A stretch of 64,000 bases of DNA from IMG/VR virus record IMGVR_UViG_3300025383_001098. The stretch is one strand, 5' to 3'. Position 1 is the first letter of the stretch, and the number at the start of each line of letters is the position of its first letter. The notes under the pieces were generated by a model. The model had not been told where the DNA came from, searched no databases, and saw only the letters and a list, made by a program, of their open reading frames with translations. Origin of the DNA: a virus. The position numbers and the translations under genes are program-made. Positions 29,274-39,554 of this stretch are shown here, one piece after another.

Positions 29274-31109
29274 ATGACAACAAGAATTAAATTACGCAGA
29301 GACACAGCCAGTAACTGGACAAGCATTAACCCAACGTTAGCCTTGGGCGAACCTGGTTTAGAAACAGATACACGCAAAGTCAAGTACGGTGATGGTACTA
29401 CAGCTTGGAACAGTTTAGCCTACGCTACAGCTGGAGTAAACGGCCCAGGATACCAAAGTATCGCTATTGGAGACTCAGCGGGCACAAATCAAAACCAACA
29501 CTCAATTGCTATCGGAGCAAACGCCGGGCAAACCGATCAAGGTGCTGTGGGCATTGCCATTGGCGAATATGCCGGTAACAATGGCCAAGGTGAGCAAGCC
29601 ATTGCTATTGGACGTAGTGCAGGACAAACAAATCAGGGATGGAACGGTATTGCCATCGGACGTTTTTCCGGAGCAACGAATCAAGCTGAGGAATCTATTG
29701 CTATCGGCCGTTATGCTGGTAACACTAATCAGGAATATCACGCTATTGCAATGGGCGACATCGCTGGCGAAAACAATCAAGGCTGGGACGCCATTGCTAT
29801 TGGTAAGTCAGCTGGTAACTATACACAAAATAATGATGCAGTTGCCGTTGGTCACAGAGCAGGCGAAAACAATCAAGGTGGCACAGCAGTTGCTATAGGT
29901 TATCACGCAGGTAACGATCAACAAAGTGATGCGGCTGTTGCCGTTGGTAACTATGCTGGTAGAGTTAATCAGAAATATGACGCAGTTGCAGTTGGTCGTC
30001 AAGCCGGCGAGCAATCACAAGAAGAAGATGCAATCGCAGTTGGTTACCAAGCAGGGCAATACAACCAACAAGGTAGTTCAGTTTCAGTTGGTTACGAAGC
30101 TGGACAATATGGACAAGGTATAGAAGCTATTGCAATTGGTGTTAACGCCGCAGGTGGTATAGGTTCAGAAACATTTACAGCATCAGTAACTGAAGGTAGT
30201 AATTTATTAACTACCAATTATAATTTAGACGCTGTAGTTGGCGAGTTTGTGGGACCAGGATCTTACGTTTGGGTTGGTGGTGATGGCATCTGTGAAGGGT
30301 CGTTTATCACCGGTATACAAACTCCTGGTAGTGTTTACACAATGAATTATAGTGCTTTTGCCACAGTCAATAACTTGGAAGCATCTGTAAGTTTTGGCGG
30401 ACAAGGTTATCACGCTATTGCCATTGGTACCAACGCCGGATTGACTTTCCAACAATGGGACGCTATTGCTATTGGTAAGTCGGCTGGCTACGAAGGACAA
30501 AGCAATGATGCAGTTGCTATTGGCCACAGAGCTGCAGAAATTGGACAAGGCCCACGTGGCGTTGCCATTGGATACCACGCAGGCGATTACATACAAGGTA
30601 ATGATGCTATTGCCATTGGTAGTTACTCAGGATATCAACAAGGTAATCTTTCGATTGCCATTGGTTACCAAGCTGGAAACTATGACGATACTCCTTTGGG
30701 AACTAATGCAATTGCCATTGGTACCAATGCCGCATATGGACACGGACACGATAACAGTATTATCCTAAATGCTACTGGCAACGCATTGAATTCGGATGCA
30801 GCAGGTTTCTATGTAGCACCTGTTCGTAATGATAATAGTAATGTAAGTCAAGCAGTTTACTATAACACAAGTACAAACGAATTGACTTATGCTTCGGCAG
30901 GTAGCACAACAGCTACAGCATTGGGCAATGGTAGCACAAATCCTGTTATTACCACAGCCGGTATTCCTACACATGATACAGGAGCCCCGGGCGATGTAGC
31001 AGGAATGGTTGCATTAGACAGCAATTGGATGTATTATTGTGTGGCCAATTATACAACTGGTAGTGCAGTAATTTGGAAACGTACAGCCTGGTCCGGTGAG
31101 ACTTGGTAA
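29274..31109 (+). CDS. fibre protein with Mtd-like N-terminus and YadA-head-like repeats
   Basis: IKLRRDT...LALGEPGLETDT..KYGDG; many 14-aa AIAIGxxAGxxNQ repeats. Confidence 0.8.
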   Translation: MTTRIKLRRDTASNWTSINPTLALGEPGLETDTRKVKYGDGTTAWNSLAYATAGVNGPGYQSIAIGDSAGTNQNQHSIAIGANAGQTDQGAVGIAIGEYAGNNGQGEQAIAIGRSAGQTNQGWNGIAIGRFSGATNQAEESIAIGRYAGNTNQEYHAIAMGDIAGENNQGWDAIAIGKSAGNYTQNNDAVAVGHRAGENNQGGTAVAIGYHAGNDQQSDAAVAVGNYAGRVNQKYDAVAVGRQAGEQSQEEDAIAVGYQAGQYNQQGSSVSVGYEAGQYGQGIEAIAIGVNAAGGIGSETFTASVTEGSNLLTTNYNLDAVVGEFVGPGSYVWVGGDGICEGSFITGIQTPGSVYTMNYSAFATVNNLEASVSFGGQGYHAIAIGTNAGLTFQQWDAIAIGKSAGYEGQSNDAVAIGHRAAEIGQGPRGVAIGYHAGDYIQGNDAIAIGSYSGYQQGNLSIAIGYQAGNYDDTPLGTNAIAIGTNAAYGHGHDNSIILNATGNALNSDAAGFYVAPVRNDNSNVSQAVYYNTSTNELTYASAGSTTATALGNGSTNPVITTAGIPTHDTGAPGDVAGMVALDSNWMYYCVANYTTGSAVIWKRTAWSGETW

Positions 31110-31132
31110 TTAATTAAAAAAGGAAATATAAA

Positions 31133-31333
31133 ATGGCAACATATCACTTATCAGCAACTTCGGCTAAGAAAAACGCTACAGCTAACACACAAGTTAACAA
31201 GCGTATTCCGGTAACCGGTGACTTCGCAGATCAAGCAGCGGCCCAAACAGCGGCAGATGCTTATGCTAAAGATCTAAACGCAGAAGATTATCAAGGTACT
31301 TGGGACTGGGTCGGCGTAGCAACACCAGCCTAA
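31133..31333 (+). CDS. small hypothetical protein
   Basis: AAGGA SD; 66 aa. Confidence 0.7.
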   Translation: MATYHLSATSAKKNATANTQVNKRIPVTGDFADQAAAQTAADAYAKDLNAEDYQGTWDWVGVATPA

Positions 31334-31351
31334 TTTAGGTTTCAAAACTTG

Positions 31352-31380
31352 TTGATTTCAGCATCTGTTTAGTATATACT
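31352..31380 (+). promoter_or_regulatory. sigma70-type promoter before primase
   Basis: TTGATT-17 nt-TATACT, 7 nt before ATG. Confidence 0.55.
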
Positions 31381-31387
31381 ACTACAG

Positions 31388-32422
31388 ATGCTGAACTCTA
31401 TTCAAGACGCCGTACGTCTATTATTACCCGCAAAACGCAAAACCAATAACACTTCTGGTTGGATTAGTTTCAACGCACCTTGCTGTCACCATAATGGCGA
31501 ATCAGCAGATACCAGAGGACGTGGCGGATTAGTAATGAACCCAGATGGTGGCACCAGTTATCATTGTTTCAACTGTAACTTCAAAGCCAGCTATATTCCG
31601 GGTCGTCACTTAACATATAAATTTCGAAAACTATTATCATGGTTAGGTGCTGACGAAAACACAGTCAAACGCCTGGTCATAGATGCTATTCGCATCAAAG
31701 AATTAGTAGCACCAGAACAACGTGTTGAGGCCGAGGAATCAGAACCTGTCAATTTTAAGGCTCGTCCCTTGCCCGAAGAGGCCATGACATTCCACGCACT
31801 TAATACATTTTATACATTAAATTCAGATAAAGAAGTACCAGTAGAATGGCACAATGCAGTAATGTATGCCGCGGCACGTAGAGTTGATCTAAGCCGATAC
31901 GACTTATATTGGACTCCCGAAACACAATACAATTTACATCGTCGTGTTATCATCCCATTTACTTGGCGTAATCAAATTATTGGCTATACAGCACGTGGTG
32001 TTGATGATGGAGTTAAGCCCAAGTATCATTCCAGCTATGAACCAAACTATGTGTTTAATGTGGATTGTCAACGACCCGACAGTCGGTTTGTTATTGTATG
32101 CGAAGGACCATTTGATGCTATGGCTATAGATGGCATTGCTATATTGAGCAATGAGTGTTCAGAAATACAAGCAGACATTGTGGACAGTTTGGCACGTGAA
32201 GTTATTGTGGTCCCTGATGCTGATCGAGCAGGAACCCGACTTGTCGATGCCGCCTTAGAATACGGATGGGCAGTAAGCTATCCTGTGTGGCAATCGGACT
32301 GTAAAGACATTGGATCGGCGGTAGAAAAATATGGCAAATTGTTTGTATTAAAAAGTATATTGGCAGCAAAAGAAACTGGCAGATTAAAAATTGAGTTAAA
32401 GAAAAAGAAACTATATAATTAA
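31388..32422 (+). CDS. DNA primase (T4 gp61-like: Zn finger plus TOPRIM)
   Basis: APCC...YHCFNC; IVCEGPFDA; PDADRAG; KDIG. Confidence 0.9.
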   Translation: MLNSIQDAVRLLLPAKRKTNNTSGWISFNAPCCHHNGESADTRGRGGLVMNPDGGTSYHCFNCNFKASYIPGRHLTYKFRKLLSWLGADENTVKRLVIDAIRIKELVAPEQRVEAEESEPVNFKARPLPEEAMTFHALNTFYTLNSDKEVPVEWHNAVMYAAARRVDLSRYDLYWTPETQYNLHRRVIIPFTWRNQIIGYTARGVDDGVKPKYHSSYEPNYVFNVDCQRPDSRFVIVCEGPFDAMAIDGIAILSNECSEIQADIVDSLAREVIVVPDADRAGTRLVDAALEYGWAVSYPVWQSDCKDIGSAVEKYGKLFVLKSILAAKETGRLKIELKKKKLYN

Positions 32423-32425
32423 ACT

Positions 32426-33871
32426 ATGTCAACAAAAGAATATTCAACAGAATTACAAAAACTATTTTTAGAAATGATGCTGACAGATGCACAAAGCTAT
32501 GTGCGTGTACAGAACATTTATAATCCAGAAAACTTCGATCGTAGCCTAAGAGCTGTGGCCGATTTTCTTAAACAACACAGCAATGATCACAAGACATTGC
32601 CTACTTATGAACAAATTCGTGCAGTAACAGGAGTAGAACTCAAACCAGTTCCGGAAACAGTTGAAGGACATCACGATTGGTTTATGCAGGAGTTTGAATC
32701 GTTTACTCGGCGTATGGAATTGGAACGTGCTATCCTAAAGTCAGCAGACTTGTTGGAAAAGGGTGACTATGATCCTGTAGAAAAAATTATCAAAGATGCA
32801 GTACAGATTAGTTTAACCAAAGACCTGGGCACAGACTATTTTGCTGATCCCAAAACACGTATCGACAAGTATTACAATTCAGGTGGCCAAGTATCAACAG
32901 GTTGGCCTACTATGGACAAAATCTTGTATGGCGGTATGAGTCGCGGAGAACTTAATATTTTTGCCGGCGGATCGGGTTCAGGTAAATCGTTGGTTATGAT
33001 GAACATAGCTTTGTCGTGGTTACAACAAGGACTATCGGGAGTATATATTAGTTTAGAATTGAGCGAAGAATTATGTGCTCTAAGAACAGATGCTATGTTA
33101 ACAGGTATGGGCACAAAAGAGATTCGCAAGGACATTGATACTACAGAACTCAAAGTCAAGATGGTGGGTAAAAAAGCCGGTAAGTATCGAATCAAGGCAC
33201 TACCAGCACAGAGTAACGTAAATGATATTCGTAGTTTTATTAAAGAGTATCAAATACAAACTAATAACAAAGTAGATTTTGTTATGGTTGACTACTTAGA
33301 CTTGGTTATGCCAGTGAGTGTAAAAGTTAATCCCAATGATCAGTTTATCAAAGACAAGTATGTAGCAGAGGAACTGCGTAACTTATCGCAAGAGCTTAAT
33401 GTATTGTTAGTAACAGCATCGCAGTTGAATCGTTCAGCTGTTGAAGAAATTGAATTTGACCATAGTCATATTGCTGGTGGTATCTCTAAGATTAATACAG
33501 CAGATAACGTGTTTGGTATCTTTACAAGCCGTGCTATGAAAGAACGTGGGCGTTATCAAATTCAGTGTATGAAGTCACGTAGCTCTACAGGTGTAGGACA
33601 AAAGATTGACTTAGAGTACAACATTGAAACTATGCGTATTACTGATCCAGGACCAGAAGCACAACAGGACTTTATTACTCAAGGTGGTCCTCCACGTGTT
33701 GCCAACAATATTATGAATCAGATTAAAACTACAACTACAGTAGCACCATGGGAAAGCAAGGCAAAAGACGGGTTTGACGTAGAAAAAGACGCAGGCCCAC
33801 CTCCGAGTGCTACAGTAGACAGTAGCAAACTAAAGAGTATGCTGGCCGGACTAAAAGCCAAATCAGAATAA
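32426..33871 (+). CDS. replicative DNA helicase (DnaB/T4 gp41-like)
   Basis: GGSGSGKS; SLELSE; VDYLD; TASQLNR; KSRSS. Confidence 0.92.
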   Translation: MSTKEYSTELQKLFLEMMLTDAQSYVRVQNIYNPENFDRSLRAVADFLKQHSNDHKTLPTYEQIRAVTGVELKPVPETVEGHHDWFMQEFESFTRRMELERAILKSADLLEKGDYDPVEKIIKDAVQISLTKDLGTDYFADPKTRIDKYYNSGGQVSTGWPTMDKILYGGMSRGELNIFAGGSGSGKSLVMMNIALSWLQQGLSGVYISLELSEELCALRTDAMLTGMGTKEIRKDIDTTELKVKMVGKKAGKYRIKALPAQSNVNDIRSFIKEYQIQTNNKVDFVMVDYLDLVMPVSVKVNPNDQFIKDKYVAEELRNLSQELNVLLVTASQLNRSAVEEIEFDHSHIAGGISKINTADNVFGIFTSRAMKERGRYQIQCMKSRSSTGVGQKIDLEYNIETMRITDPGPEAQQDFITQGGPPRVANNIMNQIKTTTTVAPWESKAKDGFDVEKDAGPPPSATVDSSKLKSMLAGLKAKSE

Positions 33872-33904
33872 CTCCACATAAATATAACTAAATTGGAGTA
33901 GATC

Positions 33905-34159
33905 TTGCAAAAACGTACTCGTAGTATATTAGACGAGCTTGATAGCTTATTAGTACACAAAGACCGCGAAAACCTCGTGGAAAGTCGTGCTAATAACGTA
34001 ATTTCAAGTGCTATTAATCTAATGAATTACATTAAAGAAAACTACGACCCTGCTGTAGCAGATGAGCTTGAACGTCGTTTATTAAACAGTATTCGCTCGC
34101 AAGACCCCAATAAATTCATACGCGGAGTCCGCAAGTTGCGAGGAAATAATGAAGATTAA
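33905..34159 (+). CDS. hypothetical late protein
   Basis: CATAAATA late promoter; GGAG SD; TTG start. Confidence 0.7.
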   Translation: MQKRTRSILDELDSLLVHKDRENLVESRANNVISSAINLMNYIKENYDPAVADELERRLLNSIRSQDPNKFIRGVRKLRGNNED

Positions 34160-36668
34160 TGATATTTTAGTTCTTGACGAAAGTCAATTGGATGAGTACG
34201 GTAATGCACCAAACGACAGCACAGATCCAAGAGTTGCTGGTGGTGTGCCAAACGCAGTAGGTAATTTAAAAGCACGTCGTTTAGCACGTAACGCACCAGC
34301 TAAACCTGCACAAGATACACAAGCACCCGGCGCTGATCAGCAGGCCAACACAACACAAACTAACCCAACAAATACACAGAGTAATGGCCAAGCAGGTACT
34401 ACAGGTCAAACTGGAGGTACTCCTGGCTCTACAGCACAAACCGGAGGTACTCCTGGTACTCCTGGCACAAAAGGGAATCCATTTGCACAAGGTTTCTTTG
34501 GTGGATTAGGTTGGGATCGCACAGCTAAAGCATTTGCTGGTACTCCCGGCACTCCTGGTACTCCTGGCGCCGCAACACAAACTGGCGGAACTACCGGTGC
34601 CGGCACTACAGCACAAACTGGTGCTGGTAAAGAACAACCAGCTGCTGGTCAACCATCTGCACAAGATGCTACAGCCGGTCAGGGTCAACAGCAACAGGCC
34701 GGTGGTCAACAGGCCGCGGTAGATGCTAACAAAGATCCACAGTACAAAATTTTTAAAGATCCTGCTGCGTTTAAAGCAGAGTGGGACAAATATGTAACTG
34801 CACATACAAAACCAGATAGCCCATATCAATTAATTTCTGATCCAGAAATGTTAACAGCGTTGAAAGATATGTGGATGAGATCCGGCGGTCTTAAAGTTGA
34901 GAGCAAGCAAAGTAAAAAAGCTCAACGCTTGATTGAACAACGTATCATGAAAGATCCAATCTACGAAAGTTTTAGTCGTATTGGTCGCATGATTACAGAA
35001 GCAGAATTAACACAAGATCAAATTAAACAAATTTTCCAGTCAGTGGCCGATGGTGCTGCTGCAGGTGGTAATGTACAAAATGCAGGTGATGAACCTGTAA
35101 GCAACCGTACCTTAGTCGGTAAAGGTGGCGATGTAGCTAAGAAAGTTGCACAAGCCTGGGACGATGTTAAAACTAAGATTAGTCAATCAGCACCAGTTGC
35201 TGGATTTGACCAAGCAGTTGACTCTATTCAAGGCAAACTATTAAATGCCGCCGGCGGTGAATCTGGTGCTGTTGGGCAAGCACTTGCTAAGTATCGTGAG
35301 TTTGGTAAACAACATCCAATCTTCCAGGGTGCTATCTATGCTGGCTTAATTGCATTAGCAGGTATCAGTGGTGCTGGTCTTGGCGGTGCTGCATTGTTGG
35401 CCGGTATTAAGACATTTGACAGATTACTACAGGGCGACAAAGCAAGCTCTGCATTGTGGAAAGGCTTCAAGACTGGCGCTCTTGCTTATGGTGCAAGTCA
35501 CTTATTGAATCAACCACAAACAACACAGACTACAACTACAACTGATACAGGACAAGTTAATATTGGTCCTGTGAATCCTGATCTCAACAATGCCATAGAC
35601 AACGGCGTTGTTACACCACCGGGTGTAGATGCTACCACTATTGATCCGACTAATCCCGATGCATGGATTGACGGAACACAAGCCAATGGCACAGATCTAA
35701 TTCCATACACAGTACAACAAGGTGAAACACTAAGCCAGATTGCACAGAGCAATGGTATTAGTGTCAAGGATATCATGGATAATAATCCAATGATTACCAA
35801 CCCAAATAACTTGCCAACTGGTATTGAATTACATCTTCCGCAAAATGTAGAAAATTATAACGTATACGACCAAGGTGTTGGTACAGCAGCAGATACAGCC
35901 GCAAAGGTTGGTACCGGACAATATGCTCCAACCTGGGGCAACACAGGCACCAAGTCAACAGTAAACTCGTCATACATTCCAGTTGGAACAATGATCAGCG
36001 AATATGTTGACTACGAAGCAACTATGCGTATGCGTTTACTTGCTGAAAGTCGTGGAATGTCACAAAAAGGTTGCTACTTAACAGCATCAGGTGTTAAGGC
36101 AATCTTCGAAGGTGTTGTTGCCGAAGGCCCATGGGACGCTATTAAGAGCGGGGTTGGCAAAGTAGCTGGCGGAGTTGAGAAATTTGGCCAAGGCATTGCT
36201 AATGCGGCTAAAAAAGGCTGGGACTCTGCTGCCAACAAGATCACATACGATAAGTTAGATCTTAACTGGCGTAAGAACTACAAAGAGTTTGATCCAACTG
36301 GTGGACAAGGTCCAGTTGACAGCGAACAGGTTAAAGCATTCTTACGTAAGCAAGGTGTTACCGACGTGCTGATTAATAAAGTATTTGGCGACTTAGGTTT
36401 AGACGCACCAGCACAATCTGCACAGCCTGCTCAAGAACCAGCACAACCACAAGGCTTTGGTGGCGGAGCAGAATTTACAGCATTGTTTAAAAAGTTTAAT
36501 GATGCTGGCGGCAACTTAGCGCCACAGGTACGTGGTGTGTTAAAAGATATTTTATTAACAGCTATGCGTACAGTTGAAAGTATTCAACGTCAACGTATGT
36601 ATAAACCTCCTGTATTGTCTGAAGTTAAGACAGACTTCAGTGCTGCATTGTTAAAGTCGTTGAGATAA
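34149..36668 (+). CDS. large putative head-internal protein with LysM domain and Gly-Thr-Pro repeats
   Basis: YTVQQGETLSQIA...I.NPN.L..G..L.LP LysM; GTPGTPG tracts; many hydrophobic-x-E sites. Confidence 0.7.
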   Translation: MKINDILVLDESQLDEYGNAPNDSTDPRVAGGVPNAVGNLKARRLARNAPAKPAQDTQAPGADQQANTTQTNPTNTQSNGQAGTTGQTGGTPGSTAQTGGTPGTPGTKGNPFAQGFFGGLGWDRTAKAFAGTPGTPGTPGAATQTGGTTGAGTTAQTGAGKEQPAAGQPSAQDATAGQGQQQQAGGQQAAVDANKDPQYKIFKDPAAFKAEWDKYVTAHTKPDSPYQLISDPEMLTALKDMWMRSGGLKVESKQSKKAQRLIEQRIMKDPIYESFSRIGRMITEAELTQDQIKQIFQSVADGAAAGGNVQNAGDEPVSNRTLVGKGGDVAKKVAQAWDDVKTKISQSAPVAGFDQAVDSIQGKLLNAAGGESGAVGQALAKYREFGKQHPIFQGAIYAGLIALAGISGAGLGGAALLAGIKTFDRLLQGDKASSALWKGFKTGALAYGASHLLNQPQTTQTTTTTDTGQVNIGPVNPDLNNAIDNGVVTPPGVDATTIDPTNPDAWIDGTQANGTDLIPYTVQQGETLSQIAQSNGISVKDIMDNNPMITNPNNLPTGIELHLPQNVENYNVYDQGVGTAADTAAKVGTGQYAPTWGNTGTKSTVNSSYIPVGTMISEYVDYEATMRMRLLAESRGMSQKGCYLTASGVKAIFEGVVAEGPWDAIKSGVGKVAGGVEKFGQGIANAAKKGWDSAANKITYDKLDLNWRKNYKEFDPTGGQGPVDSEQVKAFLRKQGVTDVLINKVFGDLGLDAPAQSAQPAQEPAQPQGFGGGAEFTALFKKFNDAGGNLAPQVRGVLKDILLTAMRTVESIQRQRMYKPPVLSEVKTDFSAALLKSLR

Positions 36669-36669
36669 A

Positions 36670-37479
36670 ATGAAATTATATGAAGGCGGAGATGAAGCTA
36701 AAGGATTAGGCGGTAACGTATTTAAAGACGCTGCCGGTAATCCTTTAACCCGTCGTATCAACCGATTAGATGTTCCCTCTACTACTAAATTTTTAGAACA
36801 AATTACCGGCCTTGACCTAATGAACAATATGGTCGGCTCAACTGGCCAAAAAGAAACATCTGGCGACTTAGACTACGCCATCGATGCTACCATTATCAGT
36901 AAAGACGCACTACAAGGTGTGTTATATCAATACTGCCTATCCAAAGGTGTCCCAGAAAACGAAATCATGAATCAAGGTCGCAAGTACAAAGGCGGCTATA
37001 TTGATAAGACTGGCATCGAAGTACATTTCCGCACTCCTATTAACGGTGATCCAAAGAATGGCTATGTACAAAGTGACTTTAACTTCGTAGACAAAATGGC
37101 CTGGACTAAATTTATGCTATCTGCTATGCCACCTGATAGTCAGTTCAAAGGAGTTGATCGTGCTGTGTTGTTTAACAGTATCGGTAAAGTATTAGGAGTA
37201 AAGGTTACAGTTAATAGTGGCGTACATGACAGACTAAGCAATGAATTAGTTACCGACGATCCGGCTATGATGGCCAAGATGTTTGTACCCAATGGCACAA
37301 TAAAAGATATGGCCAGCGTAGAAAGTATCGTTAATGCACTACGCAATGATACACAACGTGATGCTAAATTAAAAGATTTTACTGACTATCTAACTAAATC
37401 AGGACGTCAGCTACCTAAATTAGAATCCAGTGTACATCCAACAGAGTGGTTTAAACACTTAAACGATAAATTAAAATGA
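36670..37479 (+). CDS. Pol beta-superfamily nucleotidyltransferase
   Basis: VGSTGQKETSGDLDYA signature; probable third Asp in YVQSDF. Confidence 0.7.
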   Translation: MKLYEGGDEAKGLGGNVFKDAAGNPLTRRINRLDVPSTTKFLEQITGLDLMNNMVGSTGQKETSGDLDYAIDATIISKDALQGVLYQYCLSKGVPENEIMNQGRKYKGGYIDKTGIEVHFRTPINGDPKNGYVQSDFNFVDKMAWTKFMLSAMPPDSQFKGVDRAVLFNSIGKVLGVKVTVNSGVHDRLSNELVTDDPAMMAKMFVPNGTIKDMASVESIVNALRNDTQRDAKLKDFTDYLTKSGRQLPKLESSVHPTEWFKHLNDKLK

Positions 37480-38576
37480 TTTTATTAGAATTTGTACAAT
37501 ATCTAACAGAAGGTGCTCGTACACCACATCCAGAGGATTTTATCTTCAGTGGTAGTAAAGCGGCCTTGGATGCTATCACAGGTATGGTAGGTGCTGTACA
37601 AAAGCCTGAAACTGTAAGCATCAAATGGGACGGAAGCCCTGCTATTATATTTGGTCGACGTACAGCTGACGGTAAGTTTACAATGAACTATAAAGAGTAC
37701 ATTGGCGAAGCCGGTGGCCAAGTTACAAGTGCAGAAGAGCTACTACAGTTTTACGCCAAGAACGGCAAGAACATGGAAGTAGGACAAAAATTAGCCAAGG
37801 TGTTTAATGCTGTGGGCAGTATATGTCCTCCAAACTTCAAGGGATTTGTACAGGGCGATTTGATGTGGACTGATAAACCATTAATACCGGTAGACGGTAA
37901 GTTTATTTTTAAACCTAATCCTCACGGTGTCACTTATAATGTTGCTACCAATACACCAATTGGCGAAGAAATTGCAGGTCGTCCAGTAGGTATTGCTGTA
38001 CACAGTTACGGCAATGAAGTTGAAAAGTCTAAAGAGTCTCCATTGGTAGGTCGTCAAAGTTTACAGGGCTTAGGCGGTCTATCTGGAACCAACGAATATA
38101 TTACCGTATTTACAGGCAACATGGGTACTAAGTTTAATATGAAAGAACCCACTACATTAAAAAATAATGCTAAACGTGCGGTTAACGAATTTAGTGCCGC
38201 AGGCGGCGATGCTTTTTTATCCAGTTTAACACAGGCATCCAAGGATAGGCTACAGCAGTATTACAATAGAAAAGCCACTGGACAACCTGTAGACGGCACA
38301 TGGTTACAGACTAAACTGACTAAACCACAGTTTGAAATAGTCAATGCTGAAGAAAATAAACCCGTTTTAGTAGCATTAGACAAAGTCTACAGCACAATTA
38401 GTCTATTAAAATTAGCTATATTAGATCAACTTGAGCCCCAAGTTAAGGGTGTAGAGCAGTTTGTGGGCGATGTTCCTAAAGGCGAAGGATTTAACATAGA
38501 CACCCCAAGTGGCTTTATAAAGCTGGTAAATCGTGGGGTTTTTAGTACTGCAAATTTTGCAGGAAGAGCACAATAA
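37476..38576 (+). CDS. ATP-dependent ligase-fold protein (RNA ligase-like)
   Basis: motif I KWDG; VQGDL; GEGF; IKLV. Confidence 0.6.
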   Translation: MILLEFVQYLTEGARTPHPEDFIFSGSKAALDAITGMVGAVQKPETVSIKWDGSPAIIFGRRTADGKFTMNYKEYIGEAGGQVTSAEELLQFYAKNGKNMEVGQKLAKVFNAVGSICPPNFKGFVQGDLMWTDKPLIPVDGKFIFKPNPHGVTYNVATNTPIGEEIAGRPVGIAVHSYGNEVEKSKESPLVGRQSLQGLGGLSGTNEYITVFTGNMGTKFNMKEPTTLKNNAKRAVNEFSAAGGDAFLSSLTQASKDRLQQYYNRKATGQPVDGTWLQTKLTKPQFEIVNAEENKPVLVALDKVYSTISLLKLAILDQLEPQVKGVEQFVGDVPKGEGFNIDTPSGFIKLVNRGVFSTANFAGRAQ

Positions 38577-38587
38577 TTTTTATTTTG

Positions 38588-38595
38588 TATAAATA
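38588..38595 (+). promoter_or_regulatory. T4-type late promoter
   Basis: TATAAATA, then short hairpin and AAGGAG SD. Confidence 0.75.
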
Positions 38596-38642
38596 AATGC
38601 ATGTAGTCCTTTAAGGGCTCATTATATTAAGGAGAATTAAAA

Positions 38643-39047
38643 ATGGCAACATTTACAAGAGTTAACGGCGACGCAGCCGGTGTAGTACAAGTTGATGCAG
38701 GTCGTGCATTTGCTAACGGCGCAATCATCAATACAGGTATCGCAGCACCTTTGTCAGTTCTAAAGATTGTTACTCCAACAGGTAACTTGGCAGCAGAATT
38801 AAACACAGGCGGTGCAGTTGAGTCTATCCTACGTGTTATCGAAGGTAATGCTTCAGTATTAGCATACCAAGTTGACAGCACACCACAAATCAGCGTTCTA
38901 TTAGAGCGTAGTGGTTGGGTTAGCGACGCAGCAGTTGCAGCAGCTATTACAGCAGCTTCTACATCAAGCAACATCGGTGGTTACGGTAACGTTTGGGTAG
39001 CTGGTGGTGGCTTCACAGTTTCCAGCTCAGCTGGTTTCAAACTATAA
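38643..39047 (+). CDS. probable abundant virion structural protein
   Basis: own late promoter, strong SD and terminator; Ala/Gly/Val-rich with strongly biased codons. Confidence 0.7.
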   Translation: MATFTRVNGDAAGVVQVDAGRAFANGAIINTGIAAPLSVLKIVTPTGNLAAELNTGGAVESILRVIEGNASVLAYQVDSTPQISVLLERSGWVSDAAVAAAITAASTSSNIGGYGNVWVAGGGFTVSSSAGFKL

Positions 39048-39065
39048 TAGTTAACCAACTATAAC

Positions 39066-39096
39066 AAAAGAGCACATCTTTATGATGTGCTTTTTT
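39066..39096 (+). terminator. intrinsic terminator
   Basis: AGCACATC-TTTAT-GATGTGCT plus T-run. Confidence 0.85.
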
Positions 39097-39113
39097 GTGG
39101 CATAAGTATTTGC

Positions 39114-39554
39114 ATGGACACCACGCATTTACATTTTTTCACTGGATTTACATTAGTTGATATCACAGCCACAGGTGAACTACGTAGCACGGCAGAACAA
39201 ACTCGCGACCAGCAACGTAATTGGGAAACCGTATTACAAACAATCGGCCTTGGTGCACAACCCTATGACGTTATACCTCCTACGGTAAAAACTGTAAACT
39301 TAGATTATTTAGAGTTTGGAGAAATGTATTCAGGCGAACACAATGTATGGATGTGGGCATTTGCTGTTGAACACGCAGATGTATTCACAGTCAATAATAA
39401 TCAAGTTGCCGGGCTTGAACAATGTTTTGAACAGGTACCTGTTATTTGTGGATTAACAGAAACAGCACGTTTTATGTTGCCTATTTTTTATCCCCACGGC
39501 GGAATTAAGAACATATACTTTAAATCTGGCTTAAAAAACATAAATAACTATTGA
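39114..39554 (+). CDS. hypothetical phage protein
   Basis: ATG 39114 after CATAAGTA; TLVDITATG...QQRNWET. Confidence 0.7.
   Translation: MDTTHLHFFTGFTLVDITATGELRSTAEQTRDQQRNWETVLQTIGLGAQPYDVIPPTVKTVNLDYLEFGEMYSGEHNVWMWAFAVEHADVFTVNNNQVAGLEQCFEQVPVICGLTETARFMLPIFYPHGGIKNIYFKSGLKNINNY

Noticed and set aside
29455-30745. CRISPR-like periodic repeats (42-nt period)
   Set aside because: Degenerate, in-frame protein repeats; no identical repeats with unique spacers; no cas genes
25067-31109. Diversity-generating retroelement suggested by Mtd-like modules
   Set aside because: Only the N-terminal module is Mtd-like; no RT and no TR/VR pair seen
34390-34625. GGTACTCCTGG-type repeats as a replication origin
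   Set aside because: They encode the in-frame Gly-Thr-Pro tract of the 839-aa protein
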